DNA of 39,881 nt, taken from NCBI RefSeq assembly GCF_006345805.1, contig NW_021835557.1, forward strand, positions 1-39,881, written 5' to 3'. Under the pieces are notes generated by a model, which was not told the DNA's origin, made no database searches, and saw only the letters and a program-made list of their open reading frames with translations. The DNA is from Octopus sinensis (lineage: Eukaryota). Positions 24,731 through 35,340 of the stretch are shown here, piece after piece; within the stretch, counting starts at the first letter, position 1; every line of letters begins with the position of its first letter. Position numbers and translations under genes: made by a program.

Positions 24731-25465
24731 TGTTGATTATAAATAGGTGATTCTCTGCTCGAATAGACTCTAAATTCACCATCATTTCGTCCATTGTCTC
24801 CACAGTTGAATCAGGCTCGTTTTGTTTTTTTTTTTCGCTTTTTTATTCCTTTTTTCCTTTTTGTTTCGTTTTGTATTTTTGTTGTTGTTTCTGTCCACAT
24901 CAAAGCGCTTCCACAAGTCTTCCTCGCAAATAGCCGGTTGTTTGCTTTCATAAAACAACTCCTCCTCCTTCACCTCCTTCACCTCCTTCTCCATTTCTTC
25001 CTTTTACTCCCACTCCCAATCCTTCCTCCACTGTCACCACTTCTCCTTCTCCTCCTCCTCCTCCTCCTCCTCCTCTTATTCCTCTCCGCTCCAGCCACCA
25101 CCCTTCCGTCGTCTGTACTTCTAAAAGCTATGAAAATGTTCTACAATGTTCCGGACACATACATCTTACCTTGCGGTCTCAGCAGCTTCCTCTGACGTCG
25201 TCCACCAATCGCCAACAACTCACACACCACCCCGTCTCGTTCACCCTCACCCCACCCCCACCTCCACCCCTCTTTTCCTCTTTCCTTCTCCAAGTTTCCA
25301 GTATCTTTTCAATATTCTCCCTCTAACACACTCTCTATCTCTCTCCCCGTACGTTTGTGTGTTTAAGTGTGTGTGTGTGATATAATATATATATGTATAT
25401 ATATATATACAAATACACACTTGCAAATGAACGTATATATAAACACACACACACATATGTATATG

Positions 25466-25530
<65 letters not shown>

Positions 25531-25550
25531 TTATATTTATATATACATAT

Positions 25551-25663
25551 AATCATTGTACATCAACTTTCCACTTATAATATGATGGCCTAATCTCAAC
25601 ACTTGCTCTTCTCTCTTTCTCTTTCTCTCTCTTGGTCTGTCTCTATCTCAGTGTGTGTATGTG

Positions 25664-25723
<60 letters not shown>

Positions 25724-25924
25724 ATATATAGATATATATATATATATAGGTATAATAAAACATATAAAAATACAGACATACAAATATACATATATATATG
25801 TAATATATAATATATATATATATATATATGTGTGTGTGTATATATACACACAATATATATATATACATATGTCTGTATATATATATACGTATATACACAC
25901 ATATATATGTATATGTATATATAG

Positions 25925-25956
<32 letters not shown>

Positions 25957-26024
25957 AATCATTTTACATCAACTTTCCACTTAAAAACGTATGATGGCTT
26001 AATCTCAACACTTGCTCTTCTCTC
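25551..26024 (+). repeat. Local duplication of a ~66-bp unique core (25551-25616, 25957-26024) between microsatellites
   Basis: CATCAACTTTCCACTTA..TATGATGGC.TAATCTCAACACTTGCTCTTCTCTCT occurs twice. Confidence 0.9.
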
Positions 26025-26046
26025 TCACTTCCTCTCGTTCTTTCTT

Positions 26047-26077
<31 letters not shown>

Positions 26078-26240
26078 TACTTTATAATTCATACGCACCG
26101 TTCTTCTCACCCTCTCCTCTTTTTTATTCTCTTTTATCTTTCCCTTTTACCCCATGTCCCCCCTCCCAACGTTCAGTTATCTAACTAATTAATATGTAGC
26201 AACACGCACACAGGAATACACACACACAGACACACACAGA

Positions 26241-26283
<43 letters not shown>

Positions 26284-26354
26284 GTCTCACCATTGCCTGG
26301 TGTGTGTGTGTATGTGTGCACCGTCGCGTCCGTGTGTGTGTGTCTGTGTATTTA

Positions 26355-26570
26355 TATTAGTTTCAAATTTTAGTCCAAGTCCGGCCATTTTGGAGGTTGG
26401 ACGGGGCTTAAGTCGATTTCATCGAGCCCCGTAATTAACTGTTACTTATTTTATTGACCCTGAAAGGGCCGTTGCATTGAAGATGACGAGATTGCAGTTT
26501 CGATTTCCAGACTAGCTGTGCGTTGTGTTCTTGAGCAAGATACTTCATTTTTGTTGCTTCAGTCCCCCAA
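26355..26570. mobile_element. Family-A tail (minus) abutting a family-B core fragment (plus)
   Basis: AAGTCGATTTCATCGA..TACTTATTTTATTGACCCTGAAAGG followed by GTTGTGTTCTTGAGCAAGATACTT. Confidence 0.65.
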
Positions 26571-26871
26571 GATGTACACGGATATCCTTGCGACAGATTT
26601 GCGCCCAAGGGTGAGACGGTGACATAGGAAATTCACCGGAACGGATATGTCGTGTGACATGCTTTGTATTCAGCAAGCGAAAGGATAAGTAATAGAACAA
26701 ACGGTACTGCGAATCCCGACTGGTCAGGATTAGTTGTTCAGCCACGTCGGAGCACAACGCTGAGGTGAAATTTCCTCAATGTGAATTTTACATATTTCCA
26801 AGTCTTATCTAATCTGTGTATGTAAATGTAATTAAATACTGTAAGTTCACCCTCCCTGTATTATCCTTTCT

Positions 26872-27576
26872 ACTCTTGTCACAAGGCCGGGAATTTGTGG
26901 GGAAGGAACTAGTCGATTATATCGGTCCCTGTGCTTTTCTTCCATTGGGTTGTCCGGAAAGTTCGTGCCGATTTATAGTAGCTTACCTTTCGACTTATTT
27001 TAGAACATGGTTGAGTCCATAAAATAGGATTTAACTACATCTCCATTTAGAACATAGTTTAAGCTATCTTTTCGTGGAAGAAGGTTTATGTTCCTATAAC
27101 CTGTGTTAATTCTGTAACCCTTTAAAATGGAAGATGAGAAAGTTCATTTTCGGCACTTGATGCTTTGGGAACCAAATAAAAATTGCTGCAGCTCGGCTGG
27201 GATGTGTTACCCCACCCTCCATATTCACCATATGTTGCTCCTTCGGATTTCCACTTATTCAGGTCTCTGCAGAATAGTCTTAATGGTAAAAATTTCAATT
27301 CCTTGGACAACGTAAAAAGATACCTTGATGATGGAGACGCATTGTGCAACAAAATGGTTCATATTTGGTTGAGTAAAAATGTAATGGCAAGTATTTTTTC
27401 TTTCTTTTAAAATGCGGCACGAATTTTCCGGACAACCCAATACTTAATTTATCGATCCCGAAAGGATAAAAGGCAAAGTCGACCTCGGCGGAATTTGAAA
27501 TTAGAACACAGCGGCAGACGACATACCGCTAAGCATTTCGTCCAGCATGTTAACGATTCTGCCACCTCGCCGCCTT
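26872..27576 (-). mobile_element. Family-A SINE split by a mariner insertion
   Basis: Tail at 26872-26942; central domain and head resume at 27441 with TACTTAATTTATCGA..CTCGCCGCC. Confidence 0.85.
26945..27440 (+). mobile_element. Internally deleted mariner element (496 bp)
   Basis: TIRs TTGGGTTGTCCGGAAA[G/A]TTCGTGCCG; N-terminal MEDEKVHFRHLMLW joined to LQLGWDVLPHPPYSPYVAPSDFHLFRSLQNSL (mariner HPPYSPDLAPSDxHLF motif). Confidence 0.95.
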
Positions 27577-27681
27577 CGCCATCCCTATATAAAATTGCCT
27601 CTAAGGTTTTGAATTTAGATTTAAGTATAAACCGGTTAATTTACATCGTGTCTGATCTTAACTATCGATACTGACATCAAA

Positions 27682-28590
27682 CAGATTATATGTTGCAATA
27701 AACAAAACACTAGTATCATTAGTTTCCTAGACATTACACTAAACCTAAACACAGATAGAGATCAACAACATAGAAAGCTAGCCAAAGGTTTATGTATATT
27801 AATGAGGATTTTATCTATCCTTTCTTTATATGTAAACATTAGTAAATTATGTAAAAAGAAAAAGGGGGAGTATCCGATATATCGTCAATTAAGCAATCTT
27901 CGATAAAACTCTCAGTTACTACAGTAATGACTGGGACAAAAACAATCAGTCTATCACCTAGGTAGGAGCAACGTTTGCACAACCTTAGAAAACTTAACGT
28001 AATCTGGTTTAACCAAGGCTTCACTGTAAACATCATATTAAATATAGCTGGAAATACTCTAGCAGTAATTAATAAGCATTTCCCTACCAGCCATAAGTGT
28101 CGTAAACTGTTCAATAGAAAATAATACTACAGCTGTAACCAGCTGTTCAAAAAATTTATTATATTATAATGAATACACTTAAAATGATTGGTCCATCAAA
28201 AGTAAAATATTACTACAGGCTTAAATAGTTGTGTCTTCTTTATGGCAAATATTTGTGAAAGATATTACTTCCAAGTTGAAGATCAGCTCCAAAATGTATA
28301 GTGCAGAGATCAAATAATCATAGATCGGTATGAGTAAAAGCCGTTTTAGGCACCGTTATATAAATCACAGCTCTATTTTCAGGAACGAAGAGAAGAGGAA
28401 TATAACTGTCTTATTCTATGTAAAGTTATCTATTGTGAAATGCGCATTACATACATGAATACAGCTAAGAAATACCAACAATGTACAGACGAAGATAATT
28501 ACTTACGTGATAGGACTATAACTTAAGTGTAAAGATGAAAATCATACCTAAATGTTGCGATGAAAAGTTATGTTAAGCTACAAGAAAGAC
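27682..28590 (+). mobile_element. Decayed Penelope-like element ORF (RT C-terminus/thumb plus GIY-YIG endonuclease)
   Basis: Collinear blocks across frameshifts: FLDITLNLNT (27724), VSDISS, RKLNVIWFNQGFTVNIILNIAGNTLAVINKHFPTSHKCRKLFNR (27987-28118), *IGMSKSRFRHRYINHSSIFRNEEKRNITVL (28321-28413), KCCDEK/MLS (28550-28578). Confidence 0.9.
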
Positions 28591-29008
28591 CATTCAGTTA
28601 AATTACTATTCAGCTGTAGAGATTAAGATCAGCTGGATGCTGAAAGCAAGAGCGAAGTCAGTGTTCTACTGCTCCGTAAAAAGTCGTTCGTTTTATAGAT
28701 TTTCTTTCATTTTCTATTTATGAGATCAGTGACAGTATGTCACTTTGGAAAGCATATATTTCGAGCAAGAATTTAGTGTCGTCATCTCTAGCCGAACAGT
28801 TATTCTATGCTCATGAAGAAAAAATAACCCAGAAACCATTGGTACACAGATATTGCTCTGAGTTGAGCGGGGGCACTAAGCTCTCTTGTTCGAAAATATA
28901 AGGACGCAGATAGAGTGCGTCGATGACCAGCTGGGGATGATTGTCATTTGGCAAGAAATTTAAAGTATTGAAAAATGTCAAATTTAGATATAAAAAATAA
29001 AAATTTAC

Positions 29009-29039
<31 letters not shown>

Positions 29040-29503
29040 CGTACAAACATACATACATACATACATACATACATACATACATACATACATACATACGTAC
29101 AAACATACGTACATACATACATACATACTTACATACATACATACATACACACATACATACATACATACATACATACATACATACATACATACATACATAC
29201 TTACATACATACATACACACACACACATACATCAATACATACATACATACATACATACATACAATCATACATACATACATACTTACATACATACATACAT
29301 ACATACACACATACATACATATACATACATACATACATACATACATACATACATACATACATACATACATACATACATGCATACTTACATACATACATAC
29401 ATGCATACATACAAACATACGTACATACATACATACTTACATACATACATACATACACATACATACATACACATACATCAATACATACATACATACATAC
29501 ATA
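29009..29503. repeat. (ACAT)n array of about 495 bp with recurring variant blocks
   Basis: Directly visible. Confidence 0.95.
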
Positions 29504-30218
29504 AGAACTCGGAGCGACAAGTTGCGTATTTGGCGTGGGAGACTATTTATCCAAAATACGATGAATACTATCTCCAACTTTGGTGTCTCAACTATCGGCC
29601 TTGTTAAATAACTGATTAATCTTCAGAGGAATTAACCGAGGGAGTCTCGGCTGCAACTTGAATTTAGCATGCAGAGAGTTACTACAAACAACATGGCTGG
29701 ACACATCAACAACAACATAACCGAGGAACAGAACAAAAAGAACAGCTCAACAGGTAAACAAATTCTCTCTAGCTGTAGTCATAGAAGAAAGAGTAACTAC
29801 AAAACTCATTCCTCTTGGAGTTATGAATAATATAATGATCTATTTAACTGTTACGGAAACGCGAACAAAACTCCGCTGTTGGCCATATGAAACGATTATT
29901 TGGGGTCGATCTGCATTCAGAATGAAATCATTTTACTTCGAAGCAGCTTCGCCAACAAGCAACATTTGTAGAACATAGAAAGAAGGTTAGTAACTGTAAC
30001 GTTATTAAGAAATCGAAAATTAACTTTCCAAACTCTATAAACAAAAACGAAAACGTGAATGTCGCAGCTAGTGACATTCCAACAGATTCTATAGTGCCTG
30101 CCAGCCAAACTACATTACTGGCTCGAGTAATTGACCACTGACCCCCTACTACCACTATGGTAAATATCAGGCTCAACCACAACGATTGTAAACTTACCTG
30201 AACAATCGTACAAGTACA

Positions 30219-30392
30219 GTTCTATATTTAAGAGATGAGGAATTATGTACATCATTTACATTCGACGGATATTTGTCCTCATCTTGTTTGCTGTTAACAC
30301 AACGTTTCGGCTGATATACCTTCCAGTCTTCATCAGGTGTCTTGGAGAAAATTTCGAACATGGGTTCTCACTCCTAAAGTATTCTTCGATGC

Positions 30393-30394
<2 letters not shown>
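30219..30394 (-). mobile_element. Hammerhead-bearing element body (family D), headless copy
   Basis: About 88% identical over ~85 nt to the inverted copy at 30686-30770; 3' part has a 9-bp stem AGATGAGGA/TCCTCATCT. Confidence 0.8.
30296..30341 (-). ncRNA. Minimal type I hammerhead ribozyme motif (PLE-type, palindromic stem III)
   Basis: GACAC-CUGAUGA-A-GACUG-GAAGGUAUAU-CAGCC-GAAAC-GUU/GUGUU: intact core, 5-bp stem I, stem II with one mismatch, loopless AACGUU stem III. Confidence 0.8.
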
Positions 30395-30455
<61 letters not shown>

Positions 30456-30532
30456 GCCCGTGGGTATATGGCGTAGTGGTTAAGAACGCGGGCTACTAAC
30501 CCAAAGATTCCGAGTTCGATACCAAGCAGTGA

Positions 30533-30572
<40 letters not shown>

Positions 30573-30654
30573 TAATAATAATATAATATAATAATAATAT
30601 AATAATAAAATAATAATAATAATAACAATAATAAAATAATAATAATAATAATAA

Positions 30655-30686
<32 letters not shown>

Positions 30687-30805
30687 CGAAGAATACCTTA
30701 GGAATGAGAACCCAGGTTCGAAATTTCCCCAAGACACCAGAAGAAGGCCGGAAGGTATATCAGCTGAAACATCGAGTGTAAATAATGCAAATAATGTAAA
30801 TAATC
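30456..30805 (+). mobile_element. Family-D element: tRNA-like head, (AAT)n linker and degenerate hammerhead body
   Basis: A-box TGGCGTAGTGG (30469-30479), B-box-like GAGTTCGATACC (30512-30523), AAT array 30537-30684, GACAC-CAGAAGA-AGGCCG..CAGCT-GAAAC (30733-30770). Confidence 0.8.
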
Positions 30806-31173
30806 GTACAGGTGTTGTTACATGTATAGCGTGCGAATCCTCATTCGCTGAATGCTGAAGAAATTTTGTCCACGAAGGGTTTTGAAGCCAACTCAACTCG
30901 TCCTTTCAATAAGAGCAACTGTAGACATTTAAATCTAGGCGTATATGGCTTGGCGGGAGGTACGGCATGAGTCGTGGCCATTTGACTGCACAGGTGTATG
31001 TATGTGTGTGAGTGGCAGAGAGATAAAGTCGGGGATAAAGCACTCTATAATAGGAATGTGCGTGTGTAAATGCGACTGTATGAATATGTGTATGTATGTG
31101 TGTTGTGAGCATGTTGTGTGTGTGTGTGTGTGTGTATACGCACGCCATATTGAGATCTTTTATAACTACAAAT

Positions 31174-31214
<41 letters not shown>

Positions 31215-31466
31215 CGTGCGTGTTTGTGTATATAAAACAATAATTATGCAATTAGCGTTGGCTGGTGTAAAAGGCTATTTTAGTTGATTTTCAATACCAG
31301 AAAAATTACTCATAAAATCAATACCTCCCTGCCTCTCTCCCTCCTCCCTCCCTCTTCCTTATCTTCTCCTCCCGCAAGCTTTCTCTCTCTTAACCTCCTC
31401 CTATCACTCTCTCACCCTCTCATTGCCACAGAGTTATATAAGATATAATATATGATATATATAATA

Positions 31467-31539
<73 letters not shown>

Positions 31540-31626
31540 ATACCAGCCGTCATTGTCGTGTTAGACCAACAGTCAATTCCCATCGGTAGTCTGTAACTAC
31601 AAACAACCGTTAGCACATTTAATCTT

Positions 31627-31641
31627 ATGACGTCACGTCAT
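31627..31641. promoter_or_regulatory. CRE palindrome TGACGTCA overlapping a second half-site
   Basis: ATGACGTCACGTCAT in unique sequence between two CT-rich tracts; motif match only. Confidence 0.25.
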
Positions 31642-31784
31642 TCGTTCAAGTCTTCTGTTACCCTCTCTCTCTCTCTCTCTCTCCCTCCCTCTTTCTCTCT
31701 TTGTATCTTTTTCTTTCTCTTACTGTTATTGCTTCTCTTCCTGTATGTACGTTAATATATGTGGGCACGTGCATGTATGTATGC

Positions 31785-31971
31785 TTTTATGTATGTATGT
31801 ATGTATGTATGTGTGTATGTATGTATGTATGTATGTATGTGTGTATGTATGTATGTATGTATGTATGTATGTATGTATGTATGTATGTATGTACGTATGT
31901 ATGTATGTATGCATGTATATATGCACCATTATATATATGTGTATGTGTATGTATGTATATATATAGGTATA

Positions 31972-32004
<33 letters not shown>

Positions 32005-32180
32005 TGTGTATGTATGTATTTATATATGTGTGTGTGTGTATGTGTGTGTGTGTTTGTATAAGTATATATATATATATATAAGTATATATATATATATATA
32101 TAAGTATATATATATATATATATAACACAGACACACAAACACACATACACACATACACACACATATATATATACATATAT
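31785..32180. repeat. Compound (TATG)/(TG)/(TA) microsatellite
   Basis: Directly visible. Confidence 0.95.
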
Positions 32181-32344
32181 ACGACGGGCTTCTTTCAGTT
32201 TCCGTCTACCAAATCCACTCACAAGGCTTTGGTCGGCCCGAGGCTATAGTAGAAGAACTTGCCCAAGGTGCCAAGCAGTGGGACTGAACCCGGAACCATG
32301 TGGTTGGTAAACAAGCTACTTACCACACAGCCACTCCTGCGCCT
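32181..32344 (-). mobile_element. Young family-C SINE head plus CORE-like domain
   Basis: Minus strand AGGCGCAGGAGTGGCTGTGTGG..GGTTCAGTCCC..GGCACCTTGGGCAAGT..GAAAGAAGCCCGTCGT. Confidence 0.9.
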
Positions 32345-33008
32345 CATGTATATAATTTCCACAGTAAAAGTGTTAAGAGGAAAATGGCTGCTTCTCTGTT
32401 AAGTCAACCGACCACATAGAAAGTAACGAGCCTCACTCCATCGTTATATTTTCTTACAGTCTGTGTGTAAGTTCAGCTGGATTGTTTCAGGTTTAATCAA
32501 CCTTAACTAGGGAGCAAATTTACAAGCATAACAAGAATCAATGTGTTCGCGCTAATGAGAAGAGTCGAATTTCACGAAAGACTTTCACGAAATTTTTCAC
32601 GAAATTACTCTACCGTACCCAGTCGCTGTGGGGTGGCAAATGGTTCGTTTTTGATCCGCCTGAAAACAACGGAGTAAAATATTTTTGAAAAATATAGAGT
32701 AAGTGAAAAAATTCCACATTTGGAAAGAATTTGCCATTATGGGGAGACCAAATCGATATATATGCCCGTATATATTCATGTGTGTGTGTGTGAGTGTGTG
32801 TATGTTTGTACATGTGTGTATACGAAGAAAGAGAGAGACGGGGGAGAAAGAAAAAGTGTAATATATATATATGCACATATATGTGTATATAGATATGTGT
32901 ATGTGTATATACTTATATATATATGTATTTAGGTATTATATACACTCATATATATTTATATGTGTGTATGCAAATATGTACCTATATATATATATATATA
33001 TATATATA

Positions 33009-33362
33009 CAGGGTGCGATGGATAAATTGTCTCCATTTTAGATTTTTAATTTCACATATGCGCATGGTTTGTTTTGATTTTGTCGACTACACAGTATAGT
33101 AGGGTCAATGGGGAACTGTCCGTGAAAAAAAAGCACCATGACGCAATTCATTCTGCCAGAAATTTGGAAACGACATGCTGTACTGCTTGGCATTTGCACT
33201 GGAAGCTCCAATACGAACATTTCAGAATGCCTGGATCTCAATCTGAGGAGAGTGCAATCTGAGGACTGAGAGTGATAAAAAATCAAACATCCAGTCAACA
33301 TCATGGTGTTTGGAGTGATCACTCTTGATGGCGACATTATGCCTCCATTCATCTTCCCTCGA
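33009..33362 (+). mobile_element. Tc1/maT-like transposon left end, internally deleted
   Basis: TA-CAGGGTG terminus; N-terminus MTQFILPEIWKRHAVLLGI (33138) joined to KIKHPVNIMVFGVITLDGDIMPPFIFP. Confidence 0.8.
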
Positions 33363-33501
33363 CCTCCGTACTTGATGAACACACGCACGAAAAAACACAC
33401 TTACACACACACAACACACACACACACACACACACACGCACGCACACACACACACACACACACACACATATGTATATATATATATATATATATATGATTA
33501 T

Positions 33502-34159
33502 GAGCTTCTTTCAGTTTCCGTCTGCCAAATTCGCTCTCAAGGCTTTAGTTGGCTCGAGACTTTAGTAGAAAGCATATATATCGGACTGAACCCGGAACCA
33601 TGTGGTTGGGAAGCAACTTGCGCAAGGTGCCAGACAGTGGGACTGAACCCGCAACCATGTGGTTGGGAAGCAACTTGCGCAAGGTGCCAGACAGTGGGGC
33701 TGAACCCAGAACCATGTGGTTGAGAGGCAACTTACACAAGGTGCCAGACAGTGGGGCTGAACCCGGAACCATGTGGTTGGGAAGCAACTTGCGCAAGGTG
33801 CCAGACAGTGGGGCTGAACCCAGAACCATGTGGTTGAGAGGCAACTTACACAAGGTGCCAGACAGTGGGGCTGAACCCGGAACCATGTGGTTGGGAAGCA
33901 ACTTGCGCAAGGTGCCAGACAGTGGGGCTGAACCCGCAACCATGTGGTTGGGAAGCAACTTGCGCAAGGTGCCAGACAGTGGGGCTGAACCCGCAACCAT
34001 GTGGTTGGGAAGCAACTTGCGCAAGGTGTGACACAGTGGGACTGAACTCGGAACGATGTAGTTGAGAAGCAACTTGCGCAAGGAGTCACACAGTGGGGCT
34101 GAACCCGGAACCATGTGGTTGGAAAGCAAGCTTCTTACCACACAGCCACATCTGCACCT
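33502..34159 (-). mobile_element. Family-C SINE with an internally amplified 57-bp segment
   Basis: Core end at 33502-33575, head at 34096-34159, array in between. Confidence 0.9.
33583..34129. repeat. 57-bp minisatellite, 9 full units plus a partial tenth
   Basis: GG[G/A]CTGAAC at 33583, 33640, 33697 and so on to 34096, an exact 57-bp period. Confidence 0.95.
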
Positions 34160-34579
34160 ATTGACTCATTAAAAAAGAAAGAACAAAAACAAAAAGGACA
34201 AACAAACTTGGGACTATTTTCCGCAAGCCTTTCCAAGCACTTAGGATCGGTGGCAATAGAAACCCTTTTCTCGATTCTCTTCCTCTAACATTCGTGGCAG
34301 TTTCCGTTGGATTTTTCATTGTAAATTCTGCTTAAACGAGACGAAATTATTTGTTTTTCTCAAGAAAACAACAGATTAGAAAGGAAGACCTGAACCAGAA
34401 ATGTTATGTCAATGTCGAGACGTTTCGAAATATTTATTTTGCAATTATGATCTCCAAAATATTGATTCAAGCCTCTGATGTTCGGTGCTGTTTTAAGTGT
34501 CTTGTCATACTTACGTAAGCTGTATCATGTGTCATATATATATATATAGCTTATGATGAAATATGAAGGTTGAGTGTGG

Positions 34580-34907
34580 TGGGGGGGTGTATGTGTGTAT
34601 GCATGTATTTATGTATGTACATGCATATAACGCATGTGTGCGTATATATATATTTAAGTGCGTGTGTATATATATATATGTGTGTGTGTGTGGTGTGTGT
34701 ATGTGTGTGTATGTGTGTGTGTATGCGTGTGTGTGTATATATATATATATTATGTGTGTGTGTAAATAAATATGTGTACATACATGTGTGTGGTGTGCGT
34801 GTGTATGCGTGTGTGTATATATATATGTATGTGTGCGTGTGTGTGTGTGTATTCTTGTGTGTGTATATATATATATATTATGTGTGTGTGTAAATAAATA
34901 CGTGTAC

Positions 34908-34942
<35 letters not shown>

Positions 34943-35340
34943 TGTGCGTGTGTGTGTGTGTGTAAGTGTGTATTTTGCATACATACAGAAACCAATCGCT
35001 CTTCTATCGCTGGAAGAAAGTCATTTTGTAAAATTTCAGATGACGATGATGATGATGATGATGATGAAGACGACGACGATGATAATGGAGGTGGTGGTGG
35101 TGGTGGTGGTGGTGGTAGTGGTGGTTGTGGTGGTGGTGGTGGTGGTGGTGGTGGTGGTGTTAGTGGTGATGGTTGTGTTGGCGGTAGTTGTGATGGTGGT
35201 CGTGATTGTGGTGCTGGTTGTTATAATAGACGTGGCTTTGGTGGTAGAGATGGTGGTGTTGATGATGATGATGATGATGATGGTGATGGTAATAATGGTG
35301 GCACTGGTGGTACTGATGATAGTAGTGGTAGTTGGCGGGG
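34580..35340. repeat. Compound (TG)/(TA) and GAT/GGT repeats
   Basis: Directly visible. Confidence 0.9.

Noticed and set aside
27839-28114. Minus-strand 91-aa ORF with a superficially membrane-protein-like segment
   Set aside because: It is the antisense of the Penelope-like ORF remnant, which is far better supported.
29928-30200. Minus-strand hydrophobic 84-aa ORF and a consensus donor CAG/GTAAGT at 30192-30200
   Set aside because: No recognisable family, no convincing acceptor, and the ORF would lie on the intron side of that donor.
30456-30536. Bona fide tRNA gene
   Set aside because: It has A- and B-box-like motifs but no convincing acceptor stem and runs into an (AAT)n linker, so it is a SINE-type head; the same applies to the other SINE heads.
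32570-32604. Three TTTCACGAAA copies resembling a heat-shock element
   Set aside because: Spacing between the TTCnnGAA units (5 and 4 nt) does not fit HSE geometry; a small local slippage is more likely.
33545-34141. 150-198 aa repetitive ORFs on both strands
   Set aside because: They result from a 57-bp (19-codon) SINE-derived unit.
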